NCBI GenBank assembly: GCA_002189035.1
Contig: NEEC01000014.1
Coordinates: 2,294,001 to 2,358,000, forward strand
Direction: 5' to 3'
Source of the DNA: Utricularia gibba
Taxonomy: Eukaryota > Plantae > Magnoliophyta
Length of the DNA stretch: 64,000 nt
The notes under the pieces were generated by a model. That model made no database searches. It was not told where the DNA came from and worked only from the letters and a program-made list of their open reading frames with translations. The translations under genes and the position numbers were made by a program. How positions within the stretch are numbered: position 1 is the first letter of the stretch; every line of letters starts with the position of its first letter. Shown here piece by piece: positions 35,741 through 47,127 of the stretch.

Positions 35741-37621
35741 ATGGTGGAAAGTGAATTCGACAAGGAGAAAAACCAGAATTCGAAATCGCATGACGACTGG
35801 TTCACCATCACCGCATCCAGAACAGCCACTTGGTACTCCTCGACTTTCCATAATGTCACCGCAATGGTAGGCGCTGGTGTTCTCAGCCTCCCCTATGCGA
35901 TGTCCCACATGGGATGGTAACATAATCCTCTTCTCTCTTCCCTGTAAATTAGTGAAAATTTCTACGAGATTCCAGATGTAAGCTTTATGGCATGAAGCCC
36001 TGATAAGGGCCACGATATTCACTACACTCATGGAGTCTATTCGCTGATGCTGATGTGCAATCCCTTATCCTCATTTCCAGGGGGCCGGGAATAACTCTGA
36101 TGGTGTTATCATGAATCATCACTCTGTACACTCTTTGGCAGATGGTGGAGATGCACGAGATGGTTCCGGGGAAGAGATTCGATCGTTATCACGAACTGGG
36201 GCAGTATGCATTCGGGAAAAGCTCGGGCTTTACATCGTTGTTCCTCAGCAAATTGTGGTTGAAGTTAGTACTTGCATTATTTACATGGTCACCGGAGGCA
36301 AATCGCTGCAGAAATTTGCGCTGAGTGTGTCACCAGAGCACAAGCCTATTAAGCTCACCATTTGCATCTTCATTTTTGCTCTCGTCCACTTCTTTCTGTC
36401 ACATCTCCCCAGTTTCGACTCCATCAGCAGCGTCTCTCTCGCCGCCGCGGTTATGTCTCTGGTGTAAGTAGCCTTTGAAGCATTATTACAATGTGATTCG
36501 CACCTGTGCCATGCTTATGTCTCTTGCATGATTGCTTGATGCCTGTGCAGATATTCCACGATTGCTTGGACAGCCTCACTGGCAAAAGGGCGAATTCAGA
36601 ACGTGGCGTATACGTTAACGGGAGCGAGCGACGCGGCCAGAGTCTTCAACTTTTTGAATGCGTTGGGAGACATTGCTTTTGCTTATGCAGGACACAATGT
36701 TGTGTTAGAGATTCAGGCGACAATCCCTTCAACCCCAGAGAAACCCTCCAAGAAGCCAATGTGGAAAGGAGTTGTATTGGCTTATCTCGTCGTCGCTCTG
36801 TGCTACTTTCCGGTGGCCTTCATCGGGTACTACACCTTCGGAAACGCCGTGGACGACAACATCCTCCTGACGCTTGAGAAGCCCCGGTGGCTCATCGCGG
36901 CTGCCAACATGTTCGTCTTGATTCATGTCATCGGTGGCTATCAGGTCCCCAACCCATCGCAGCCTAAAACTGAATTTGGTCGACTCTTACATCGGAGTGT
37001 TTGTTTTCAGATCTATGCAATGCCTGTTTTCGACATGATCGAGACCCTTCTCGTCAAGAAGCTTAAGTTTCAGCCGTCGTCGTTCCTCCGCCTCACCGTT
37101 CGTAGCTTATACGTCGGTAAGTAGTCTGTTCCCATATGAAAAATTCAAGCTTTTGTTTGAGAAAAATGTTTCCTATCCCCACACTTCGGCGATGTGCGTC
37201 TATGGCAGCCGTAACGATGTTCATCGGCATGACATTCCCGTTCTTCGGCGGCTTAGTCGGATTCTTCGGAGGATTAGCATTGGCCCCAACTACATACTAC
37301 GTAAGTAGAGCAGCAAAAGCTTCCCAGTTCTTACCAGTTTAAGTACATCACGTTATTCATTGATTCACAGCTTCCATGCATCATCTGGCTAATAGTGAAG
37401 AAGCCTAAAAGATTCAGCTTCTCCTGGTTCATCAACTGGGTATCTATCTCCTCCCTCAAAACTCCTTTTAATCAATGCTCCAAAGTATAATTTCCAACCG
37501 GAACCTTTGATTTTGCGCTCAGGTCTTCATAGTTGTGGGTGTGATATTGATGTGCCTTGCACCGATCGGGGGTATGAGGAATATCATAGTGTCTGCCAAG
37601 TCCTACAAGTTTTATCAGTGA
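35741..37621 (+). pseudogene. LHT: LHT tandem copy 2 with an in-frame nonsense codon and a 1-nt frameshift (pseudogene or sequence errors)
   Basis: Same exon structure as copy 1. TGG(W)->TGA at 36112-36114, and one G missing at 36214-36216 (TTCGGGAAAAG vs TTTGGGGAAAAG in copy 1). Confidence 0.65.
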
Positions 37622-38079
37622 GGAGAAGGCAAGATATCAGTATACACAAGTTGCAGGGCTCCTTTGTTCAAGCCCGCTCTCTGTAAATGTGTGTCCAAGA
37701 GTTGGCAGAAGACATGGTGTCATCGAGCAGGATCAGTGCCATATGCACCATGTGTTCATGTTACAGAAAAGGCTACATAAATCTTCACAGTGGACTCTTA
37801 TACAGACTAATGGACAGCATATAGGATAGAAATCACGATAATAACGTCAACAATTACAAGCAAGGATGAGTATTCCAGAAGGATGTTTTCAGAAATGCCT
37901 GTATAGTTTATTTCTTGGGGAACGATTGCATGCGTTTCCCTACAACCCACAGAGCCGAAATCATATGACAAGGTATGAATAGCATGAAACGGTGGTGCCA
38001 TGCTAGTAAAAGAGAAGCATATTCAGCACGAGATTGGCGAAAGAAAAAACGACTTTGGAAGGTCACCTTTACAAAATGA

Positions 38080-39977
38080 TCAAGCAGCAGCAACCTGCTG
38101 TAATTCTAGGTCCGCATGCTCTCTGATCCTTCGTTCGAGCTCAGGTCGAAAGTGTCGGATTAGACCCTGAACAGGCCAAGCAGCAGCGTCGCCCAACGCA
38201 CATATTGTGTGACCTTCGATCTGTTTTGTCAACTCCTGAAGCATATCAATCTCCTCGAGTTTAGCATTTCCAACTTTCATTCTTTCCATGATCATCCAAA
38301 GCCATCCAGTGCCTTCCCTACAAGGAGTACACTGTCCACAACTCTCATGTTTATAGAAGTAAGAAAGCCTTGCAATTGCATCAACGATATCAGTGGATTT
38401 ATCCATCACAATAACAGCGGCAGTTCCTAGTCCTGATTGAACAGCCTTAAGAGCATCATAATCCATGAGCACATCCTCACATACATCTTTGGGAATCAAG
38501 GGAACAGATGAGCCACCGGGTATAACGGCAAGTAAGTTATCCCACCCCCCACGAACACCACCACAGTGCCTCTCTATCAGTTCCTTGAATGGTATGCTCA
38601 TCTCCTCTTCAACGGTGCATGGCTTGTTTACATGGCCAGAGATACAAAACAATTTAGTGCCAGAATTATTCTTCCTTCCAAAACTCGCAAACCATTCTGG
38701 TCCACGCCTTAGTATGGTGGGCGAAACAGCTACTGTTTCGACATTGGTAACTGTTGTCGGGCAGCCATACAGCCCTGCATTGGCTGGAAATGGAGGCTTC
38801 AACCTAGGTTTTCCTTGCTTGCCCTCAAGGCTTTCCAGAAGAGCTGTCTCTTCACCACATATGTAGGCCCCGGCACCATAGTGGATATGGACATCAAAAT
38901 CATACCCCGAGCCACATGCATTCTTTCCCAGTAATCCGGCCTCGTAAGCTTCTCTCCTGGCCTTCTCCAAGTTCCTTCTTTCATTGACATACTCACCACG
39001 AATATAAATATAGGCAGCAGTTGCCCTCATCCCCACACCAGCTATTAAGCATCCTTCCAGCAATTTATGTGGGTCATGGCGCATAATCTCTCTATCCTTA
39101 CACGTTCCTGGCTCACTTTCATCGGCATTAACAACAAGGTAAGAAGGACGGCCATCAGATGTCTTTGGCATAAAAGACCATTTAAGACCAGAAGGAAAAC
39201 CAGCACCACCACGGCCTCTAAGACCAGATTTCTTGATCTCATTGACAATCCAATCTGTTCCCTTCAGCACAAGGTCTTTTGTCCTATACCAATCCCCACG
39301 TTTCATAGCACCCTTCAGAAAGGGTCATGTAGCCCATAAAGATTTGTAAAAATGCGATCTTCATCTCTCAGGCCCCCGAAATGAGTCTTCTCCGGAGGCG
39401 GAGGAGGTGGTGGAGGTTGCTGAGCTGCAGTTGCAGAGTTCGTTGCAGCATCAGCACTCAAAAATCTTGTTGATAGGGACCAACTCTGACGTGAAAGCCG
39501 AGCCAGAGCACTCCCATGCGGAGAAAAAATAGATTTTATAGGAGCCTAAAAAAATTCACAAGCTTAGTCACCACTTTTCACACAAATGACATGGTGCAAG
39601 GCAGCAGCACAATACTGAACCTCAACTACTCCAAAACATTCTATCTTTAAACTCTTGCAAAAAAATCCCAATTTTGCAAAAAAGTTCAAGACAAACAAGC
39701 AACAATTATTTGGTAAGATACATTTTTCAAATTCCGTAGTCACAATCATGGCCATCAACGAGAAATTCCCCAAAAGGGTTCGAACACAATTCGATGAAAA
39801 GAAAAAAAAAAAGAGTAATCCATACATTAAATCCCTATGCACGAAACAAGAAAATATAAATGGGTAGGAGTAGTTTCAGGGTCTAAGACAATATGCATAA
39901 ATCTCAAGATCCAAACAGAAAAACGAGATCAATTATACGTTCCATTTTGTTGAAAAACGAGGAGTGAGGCATACCAT
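38080..39977 (-). CDS. NDUFV1: Mitochondrial complex I 51 kDa flavoprotein subunit; apparent 1-nt frameshift
   Basis: ATG-only first coding exon (39977-39975, followed by GTATG), then one exon 39545-38080 with presequence, [54 protein letters not shown] and [10 protein letters not shown]. Frame break at 39319-39324 (GAC CCT TTC TGA vs D-P-F-L-K). Confidence 0.95.
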
Positions 39978-40259
39978 GAAGCATGAATGTCTTTCCCTGA
40001 GTACGAGCTCAAGATGCGCGTCCCTGCAGCTTATCACAGCAGTCCTCTGGAGAGCATCGAGCCACGAACAGCAGTCATCCGGCGCACAGCGGTCGTCGTG
40101 GGCGCACAAGAAGATAACCGTCGGATTCAACTCTACGTAAATCGAGATCCGTTGGATTGAAAAACCGGAATGCCTGAAGAATTCACGCAACGTGGAGCAT
40201 CAACTCAACGCAATTGTCTTGTCTTTACGGAGGCCGGTCCGGGCCGCTAATGGAATGAA

Positions 40260-40273
40260 TGGGCCAAAGCCCA
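40260..40273. promoter_or_regulatory. Site II elements upstream of NDUFV1
   Basis: TGGGCC at 40260-40265 and AGCCCA at 40268-40273. Site II motifs are established in promoters of plant respiratory-chain genes. Confidence 0.5.
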
Positions 40274-40672
40274 ATACATCCAAATTGAGATCACCTTATT
40301 ATTGCATTCCCAAAATAACCCTTGCCGTACGTTCGCTGTACAAAAGCTGTTCTTCCCTTTCCCTTGCACAGTTGTATCAGAGGAGCGATGCTATGCTGGG
40401 GTCTGCCTTTCACACCTCCAAACAGTAGCTAGGTTACGACATTAAAAAATATATAAAAGAATGCGCATTCATGTCTATGAAGCGGGATCTCCAGAATCAA
40501 TGGTAGGTCCACGGCAAAAAGGCTCCTTTCGGTTCCCCGACTTCATTTCATTCGACTGTAGCATCGCCATCTTCGCATTTCTTCCAAGATCTGCTATTTT
40601 CTTCAAGACCCATTTCCCCGAATTCCCACATTCAAGAATCATTCCGTTCCTTGGATTTGTATTCCAAAATCG

Positions 40673-42440
40673 ATGAAAACACCTCTTATTTGCCTCGGAA
40701 TATGCATTCCCCTGTTATTGGGAACAGTAATGATAGCCGGAACCCTAGACTACAAGTCCCAGTTGGCCTCGTTTCTCCAGTTCAGAGATGCCGCGTTGCC
40801 CTGTACAGAGGCACCTTCCCCTCTACGCGTCTACATGTACGATTTGCCGGGCCGATTCAACATCGGGTTGATGGACTCGGGTTCGGTGCCAATGAGACTG
40901 TTACGGCTGCTAATTTCCCAACGTGGAGATGGCACACTGGGCTATGGAGACAACACAGCGTCGAGTACTGGATGATGGCTTCGCTGATTTATGGGGGAAA
41001 CGATCGAGTTGCTGTCCGGGTTACGGATCCGGGTTCCGCCGATGTGTTTTTTGTGCCGTTTTTCTCGTCAGCCAGTTTCGACCTCCATGTGAAGAATATG
41101 AGAGAGGTGAATTCCATTGATGAGAAGTTGCAGGTGCGTTATACGTTTTTAAACTAATCAATCCTCTGGTATTTGCATGTGCATTCTCCCCAGACTAGCA
41201 ATTTGAGCTTTTTCTGAGCATAAAGAGAGAAATATTTGAGCAGAGGAGAGGAGGCTGACTGTTTTGTGGGGTTTTTGCTACCTGAAAGTTTGAAAATAAA
41301 GAAGGTTTAAGCAACACAAACAGTAGATCAGTGAATCAAATTTGTGTCTTGCTGTAAAACGCATTCAATGTTTCCTAGCCTAAGGGCCCTTCTTTTATGG
41401 CCTGCATTACATTCCATCTACAGAGTGACTTGCCATTTGTAGGTTATGTGCTTCTTACAGGACATTGCTGTCATGGCAGGCTGAGATTGTCAACTTCCTG
41501 AGGGCATCAGAACATTGGCAAAGATCCGGTGGACGAGACCATGTGATTCCTGTGCATCATCCTAATGCATTCAGACATCATCGGGGCTCGGTCAACACAT
41601 CCATATTCATTGTGTCTGATTTCGCTCGGATAATGTCAATCGCCAGGCTCACCAAGGATGTTGTCGCCCCTTATCCTCACATGGTGGAATCTTACTTGAA
41701 CGATGATGGGATCAACGATCCCTACCACTTCCGCAGAACGCTTCTCTTCTTCCGCGGTGGGACGAAGCGGAAAGCAGTATGATGATCACTGAACCCACAT
41801 GGATTGGCTCATGCTCTCCCGAACTTGCCCTGATCTTTCTTCACTTGTTCAGGAAGGGAAAATCAGAGGCAAACTGCGCAAGATTCTTAATGGAATAGAG
41901 GATGTCGTGTACGATGAGGCGCATGCATCCCAGGAAGGCTTCAGAGCTGTAAGCCTCCCTTCTCAGAACCGTTTTCATTCAGAACCCTTTGCCAGCTATT
42001 GTTAATCCGACTCTTCTCACCAGTCAACTGAACAAATGCGTTCATCGAAGTTCTGCCTCCACCCTGCTGGTGACACCCCGTCCTCTTGCCGCCTTTTCGA
42101 TGCGATTGTGAGCCACTGTGTACCAGTGATCGTCAGCAACAGGATCGAGCTCCCTTACGAGAGTGAGCTGGATTACAAGGAGTTCTCCATCTTCTTCTCC
42201 GATGATGAGGCCCTGACGCCAGGCTACATGGTGAACAAGCTGAGGGAGGTGCCCAAGGAGAAGTGGACGAGCATGTGGTTTGAGCTTAAAAGCATTGCTC
42301 ATCATTTCGAATTTCAGTATCCTCTGAAGAAGGACGATGCAGTTGACATGATCTGGAAGCAAGTCCGGCAGAGGGTCCCCGCTGTAAAGCTGGCTGTTCA
42401 CCGGAGTCGGAGGCTGAAGATACCCGATTGGTGGAGATGA
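40673..42440 (+). CDS. GT47 exostosin-family glycosyltransferase (ARAD1-like); apparent 1-nt frameshift
   Basis: Signal anchor, [45 protein letters not shown] and [31 protein letters not shown]. Four exons; frame break at 40879-40881. Confidence 0.9.
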
Positions 42441-42662
42441 CTGGTTCGGTTCCATGGGGGGAGGGGAGGGAGGATACCAACTACTTGCACCGTGAAGCCC
42501 TGGCAATACACACCATCAATAAACGGCAATGATGTCGATGTTCTGAATCAAGTGGTTGCTTTGAGAAAGGAAAATTGTTTATTTATAGACTGTGAAGTGT
42601 CTGAAGAATCATATAAGGAAAGTAATATGGTTTCCGGGAAGTTGCGCTGCCGTGAAATTACC

Positions 42663-43586
42663 CTAGCAAAAATAGACGGTCTTATCTGTGGCCGGGGGAT
42701 CTCGAAATGCCACAGTTTCCCAGCCCCATTCACCAGATACTTGCGGCACAAGAATCTCTCAGCGTACGTTTTCTCCACTTTCCTCTCCACATCATGAAGG
42801 AAAACGTGCGTGTTCCCAGGTTTCGTCCGGTTCCTCGCCATCACCGCCGCCGAGTATATGGCCGCCATTCTCCCCGGCGCCTTCGCGTAGTACCCCCGCG
42901 GCGCGTCGATCATTATCAGATCCCACTCCGTGTCGTAAACTCGATTCGAGAGCATGTTCAGCGCCAATCTGCAATTTGGATCCCGATTCAAAATTCGCGA
43001 CTCATCGTGGATTTCGACTTTCTTTATCAAGTTTACCTGCATTTGTCGTTGCCGCGGAGGAACGCGTTCGCCGGCCAGCACTGCGATTCGGTCTCGTAAT
43101 GCCGCAGGAGCTCGTCCGCCTCGGAGAGGTGTGTCCGATACGGCACCGTTTCAGCTCTCAACATCGGCGCGTTCTTCAACACGCTCGCCACCCATTTCGG
43201 ATCCTCCTCTAGGAAAAGCGTGTTCCCACCCGGGTTCAACCCGGCCCACATCAGCGAATCGTAACCCAGACCGAAAACGAGAAAATCGCACGGCGCCTGT
43301 TTCTTCAACACCTCCAAAGACACGGTAATCTCGCCCAACGTCTGCTGCGGCACCACCGTCGAAGTCGCGTAGTGGACGAGGGCATCCATCGCGACCACCG
43401 TGGTCCCCCACCGGAACCATTGCTCTCCCACGCGCCACCCCCAAAACACGAGATCGCCGTCCGGTATGGGGTTAGCAGGAAAGCATACACCGCCGCCGTG
43501 ACTCCGATGACGCCCAGGAAGAGATAGAGTCCCCATAGCTTCTCCGGTTTGGCCCAATTCCCCATTTTCTCTCTGATTTTCGTCAT
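42663..43586 (-). CDS. DUF579 arabinogalactan/glucuronoxylan O-methyltransferase (AGM-like); two apparent 1-nt frameshifts
   Basis: KPEKLW plus TM anchor, LVHYATSTVVPQQ, CDFLVFGLGYDSLMW, EWDLIMIDAPRGY and HVFLHDVERKVE. One 68-nt intron (43036-42969). Frame breaks at 43405-43409 and 42694-42698; repairing the second gives the family-typical ...VYFC* end. Confidence 0.88.
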
Positions 43587-44100
43587 GGTTGGATTAAATA
43601 AACTGAAAGGCGAACTCAAGGAAGCTGATCTAGAAGAAAAAAAACTCAGATCCAGAGAAAAAAATGATCACAAACCGTGTGTTTTGTTTTCTTATAGATT
43701 TTTTCTCCAACTACAATCTGTCAGGATTGGACATGTCGACGGCCATGAATTATTACGATTAATTTTAATTACAAAAAAAACCGCAAGGGAAGCCGGTAAG
43801 GGTGGCTGTTAGTGTGAACATTGGAAATTACTTTATAATATTTAAACTGATTTTCTGTATATAATATTCATAATTAACGAGAGTCCAATTTTGTGGGCCC
43901 CTACCGATCCTCTTATCGAAGTAGTTTATCATTTTCGTTTGCATTTTTTAATTGTAAAAGTTTTATTTTGAAAATTGAGAAAAAGGAAAAGCGTATGAGC
44001 GTTTGGGGCACGCGACCGTTTCGAGCTTTGACGAATTTACCCCCAGCGGGTATATGATGCCCGTGAAGAGTTTCTAGGAATTACTCGGCGACTGGCGGCG

Positions 44101-44976
44101 ATGGATCCTGATGCGGTGGCGAAGGCGTTCGTCGACCACTACTATTCTACTTTCGATACCAACCGTAGCGGCCTCGCGGGATTATATCAAGACTCGTCAA
44201 TGCTTAGTTTCGAGGGTCAGAAAATCCAGGGCGCACAGAACATTGCAGCGAAACTCAACGGCTTGCCGTTTCAACAGTGCCAGCATCAGATCACCACCGT
44301 CGATTGCCAGCCATCTGGACTCGCTGGTGGAATGCTCGTCTTTGTTTCTGGGAATCTTAAGCTTTTGGGGGAACAGCACGCCCTCAAGTTTAGCCAGGCA
44401 CGTTGCTCTTGCTCTGCAGATCCGTGCTTTCGTGGATTTATACTAGATTCACTGTGCATCCGATACTACACTGTGAATTTTAGGTTTTCTGGTATTTGAA
44501 TTGCATTTTTTGAAGCTTTTGCACGAAAATTTGAGATGACTGGTTTTCTTTTTATTTTGTGAACTTGACCATAGGCCAGTCCCATGTTAACCTTCCAAAT
44601 TGATTCTAGAGTTCTTCCTTTTGCGAAATGCAAGCTTTCGTTTCAAATTTGGCTTCATGTTGAATTATTTTACAGACCAGTTGGAGTTTCGTCTCCATGT
44701 TTTGTGTATGCAGTTTGAGGCATGCTGTGCATTTTTAATTGCAATGTAGTAAAGAGAAGTTCATTTGACAACGACAAGAGATTTGCGCTTCCCTGTTATC
44801 TGTACAGAGGAGATTCAGGAAATGAAACTCATGTGCCAAGTTGTTGCTTTCTTGATTGATATACTGCTCATTGATGATTTTACATTGGGTCACTTTTGCA
44901 GATGTTCCATCTAATCCCTACTCCTCAGGGAAGCTTTTATGTCTTGAATGACATCTTCAGGCTGAACTATGCCTAA
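44101..44976 (+). CDS. NTF2: Nuclear transport factor 2
   Basis: MDPDAVAKAFVDHYYSTFD...LKFSQ|MFHLIPTPQGSFYVLNDIFRLNYA*. Exons 44101-44397 and 44902-44976 (GC-AG intron). Confidence 0.95.
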
Positions 44977-45365
44977 GATTTTCCAAATTCAACAACCCCC
45001 ACCTGCCTGCGCGCAGCCACTTGGGAATCTTCTATCCTCATGGCCTTGAACCCGTATCTTATCATGTGTTTTTTTTTTCTTCTTCTTCTTCAGTGGTGAA
45101 CTCATGTCTTCCTCTCTATGGTCTCTTTCTGATTTGATGAATTTGTTAGCCTTCTTGGTGCATGCCTCCATTCGCAGCCAGTTGCTTTGGTGTATGAACT
45201 CCAGAACAGCAGATTTTGTTGTCCTGTTTGCACTATATGTCTGCTTTTCGGTTTTACTTGTAACTGACTAATGTAGTCTTAGTAGTTTTTGGGGTTATGC
45301 GGTCTCCTTGGTGCAACTTGAATTTCATTACATGTTTTGCTCGCTGCAATACAGTTACAACTTGT

Positions 45366-45897
45366 CTAACTCAGCTCACCCTCCTCGGCGATTGCACCGG
45401 CGGTACCTGGCAATCCCAATCGTGGCAGGTGAGAAATTTTGACTCCCGGGAAAGATGGTGGGACGAAATTCTCCGCAGCGTCGTTGATCCGTTCTGCTAC
45501 CGGAGTTGTTCTCCTCCGCAAGAGTCTTCCGATGATTCCGGTGAGGGATTTCAGGGGTTCCTTAAAACGTGTTTCAGACTCAGAATTAGCGACACTTCGG
45601 AAACTTGCCACGCCAATGTGACCGCGATCGTCGACGCAAGGAGGCAGTGAGTAATCAAGTTCTGCCGATGTATCTTCTTCAGCTCCCTTTTTATTTCTTC
45701 CATGGCGTTGCCCGGCTGCTGCTATCAAGTATCATCCAATCGTAGTGATCCCCATTTGGCACTAAATGAGTAGCATTAGATAGAATGCGTACCTCCGGCG
45801 CTGTTTCCGACGCTGAGAGATGATCCGATGAGGAGGCGGCGGCGATTTTTTCATCGGTGAGACTTCTGTGACTCATGCCCTTGCTGTCTACCTCCAT
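45366..45897 (-). CDS. Uncharacterised single-TM coiled-coil plant protein (At1g27300-like); two apparent 1-nt frameshifts
   Basis: A middle frame missed by the ORF track reads MEEIKRELKKIHRQNLITHCLLASTIAVTLAWQVSEVSLILSLK. It joins the two listed ORFs if one base is added at 45711-45713 and at 45554-45557. Confidence 0.7.
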
Positions 45898-46559
45898 CGC
45901 TCCCTCCCTGCTGGTCCCTTCTGCATCTAACACGTACCAAATAACTTCATCGACAACACATTTGAAATATTTTCATTTTTCGTAAAAAACGAATAAAAAT
46001 TCAATAATTTATAAAACAGGGAAATTAAGTTATAAAATAATATATATTATTTAAAATCAAATTCTTGAATTTACCCATGATCTTGAGTTAAATTAATTAA
46101 ATCCATTATTAAAAAAATTAAACCAAAAAAAATCAAAAGTTATATATTTTAACATGTGCTTGTGTGATCCACAACCCCCTCGCCAACCCCTTCTTCTGTC
46201 TTTCTTTTTTATTACGTGTATCCATTGTAATGAAATTCATAGTACACAATCATTATGTACTTGATGCCAAGGAACCCATTCACAAATTGCAACACAAACC
46301 AAAACAGCTTGTGTTTTTTGTCTCATTTCCCATTCTCCTGCTTCTTGATTTCATCGTCAATCCACTTTTCAACGTGGAGACAGACGAGCAGGTGTTAGTC
46401 CGCATTGGACAGACTTGAGAGCATCCGAATCATGTCGGAGGCGAGGCGGACAACGTGGCACATTGATTGATGCCTTCAGTTTACAGGGAAGAAGCCATTG
46501 TCGCAATGTCACCAATCATGCTAACGAAGGAAACCTAACGAATTCATGAGATTCAATCT

Positions 46560-47127
46560 TGATACGACACTTCAATCAACAAGTGATTGGCAAACCAGAT
46601 CTTGGTTGAAAAGAAGCAATCCCTCAAGAAAAATAATTTGGCCCTCAAGGATTGAAAGATCCTTACAACTCAAACTATGAACTTGGATCATACTCACAGA
46701 ATCAATGAAGAAATTGGGAGTGATAAACCACACACTAGACATCACAACCAAGACTTGATAAATCTAAGTTCTACAAGAATTCAAGGAAGTAGAATAGCTC
46801 TCAAAAGTGATTACAATCAAACTTGTCCAAAACATGAGTAAGGCCTTCTTAAATAGATGAAGGATTGAGCCTTATTAGAGGAAAAGTAGTAATAATAATG
46901 TATTTGGTAGTAATAGGTTTTCTCTAATCAAATTGATGTACTTTGAGAATATTGAATTCCATGCCCAACACCTTATAGCTTGGTTGATTGGCCTATAAGC
47001 TCTTAAGCACTTCTTGATTCTTTTTGCTCTTGATCTAGTTATTGGTCCAACTGAAATAAATGGAGAATTATTGATCTTGTGTCCTTTATTTTCATTGGGA
47101 TAATCTATAGCATACATGATCTCATCA
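46560..47127 (-). repeat. 3' LTR (568 bp) containing the integrase C-terminal CR-motif coding region
   Basis: TGATACGA...CTCATCA on the plus strand, adjacent to the PPT (minus strand GAAGAAGGGGGGA, 47128-47140). Encodes GPITRSRAKRIK. Confidence 0.92.

Noticed and set aside
11744-45713. Programmed ribosomal frameshifting or RNA editing as a shared regulatory system across many genes
   Set aside because: No common slippery heptamer or downstream structure was seen, the genes are unrelated, and the same defect occurs in a dead retroelement. Sequencing error is far simpler.
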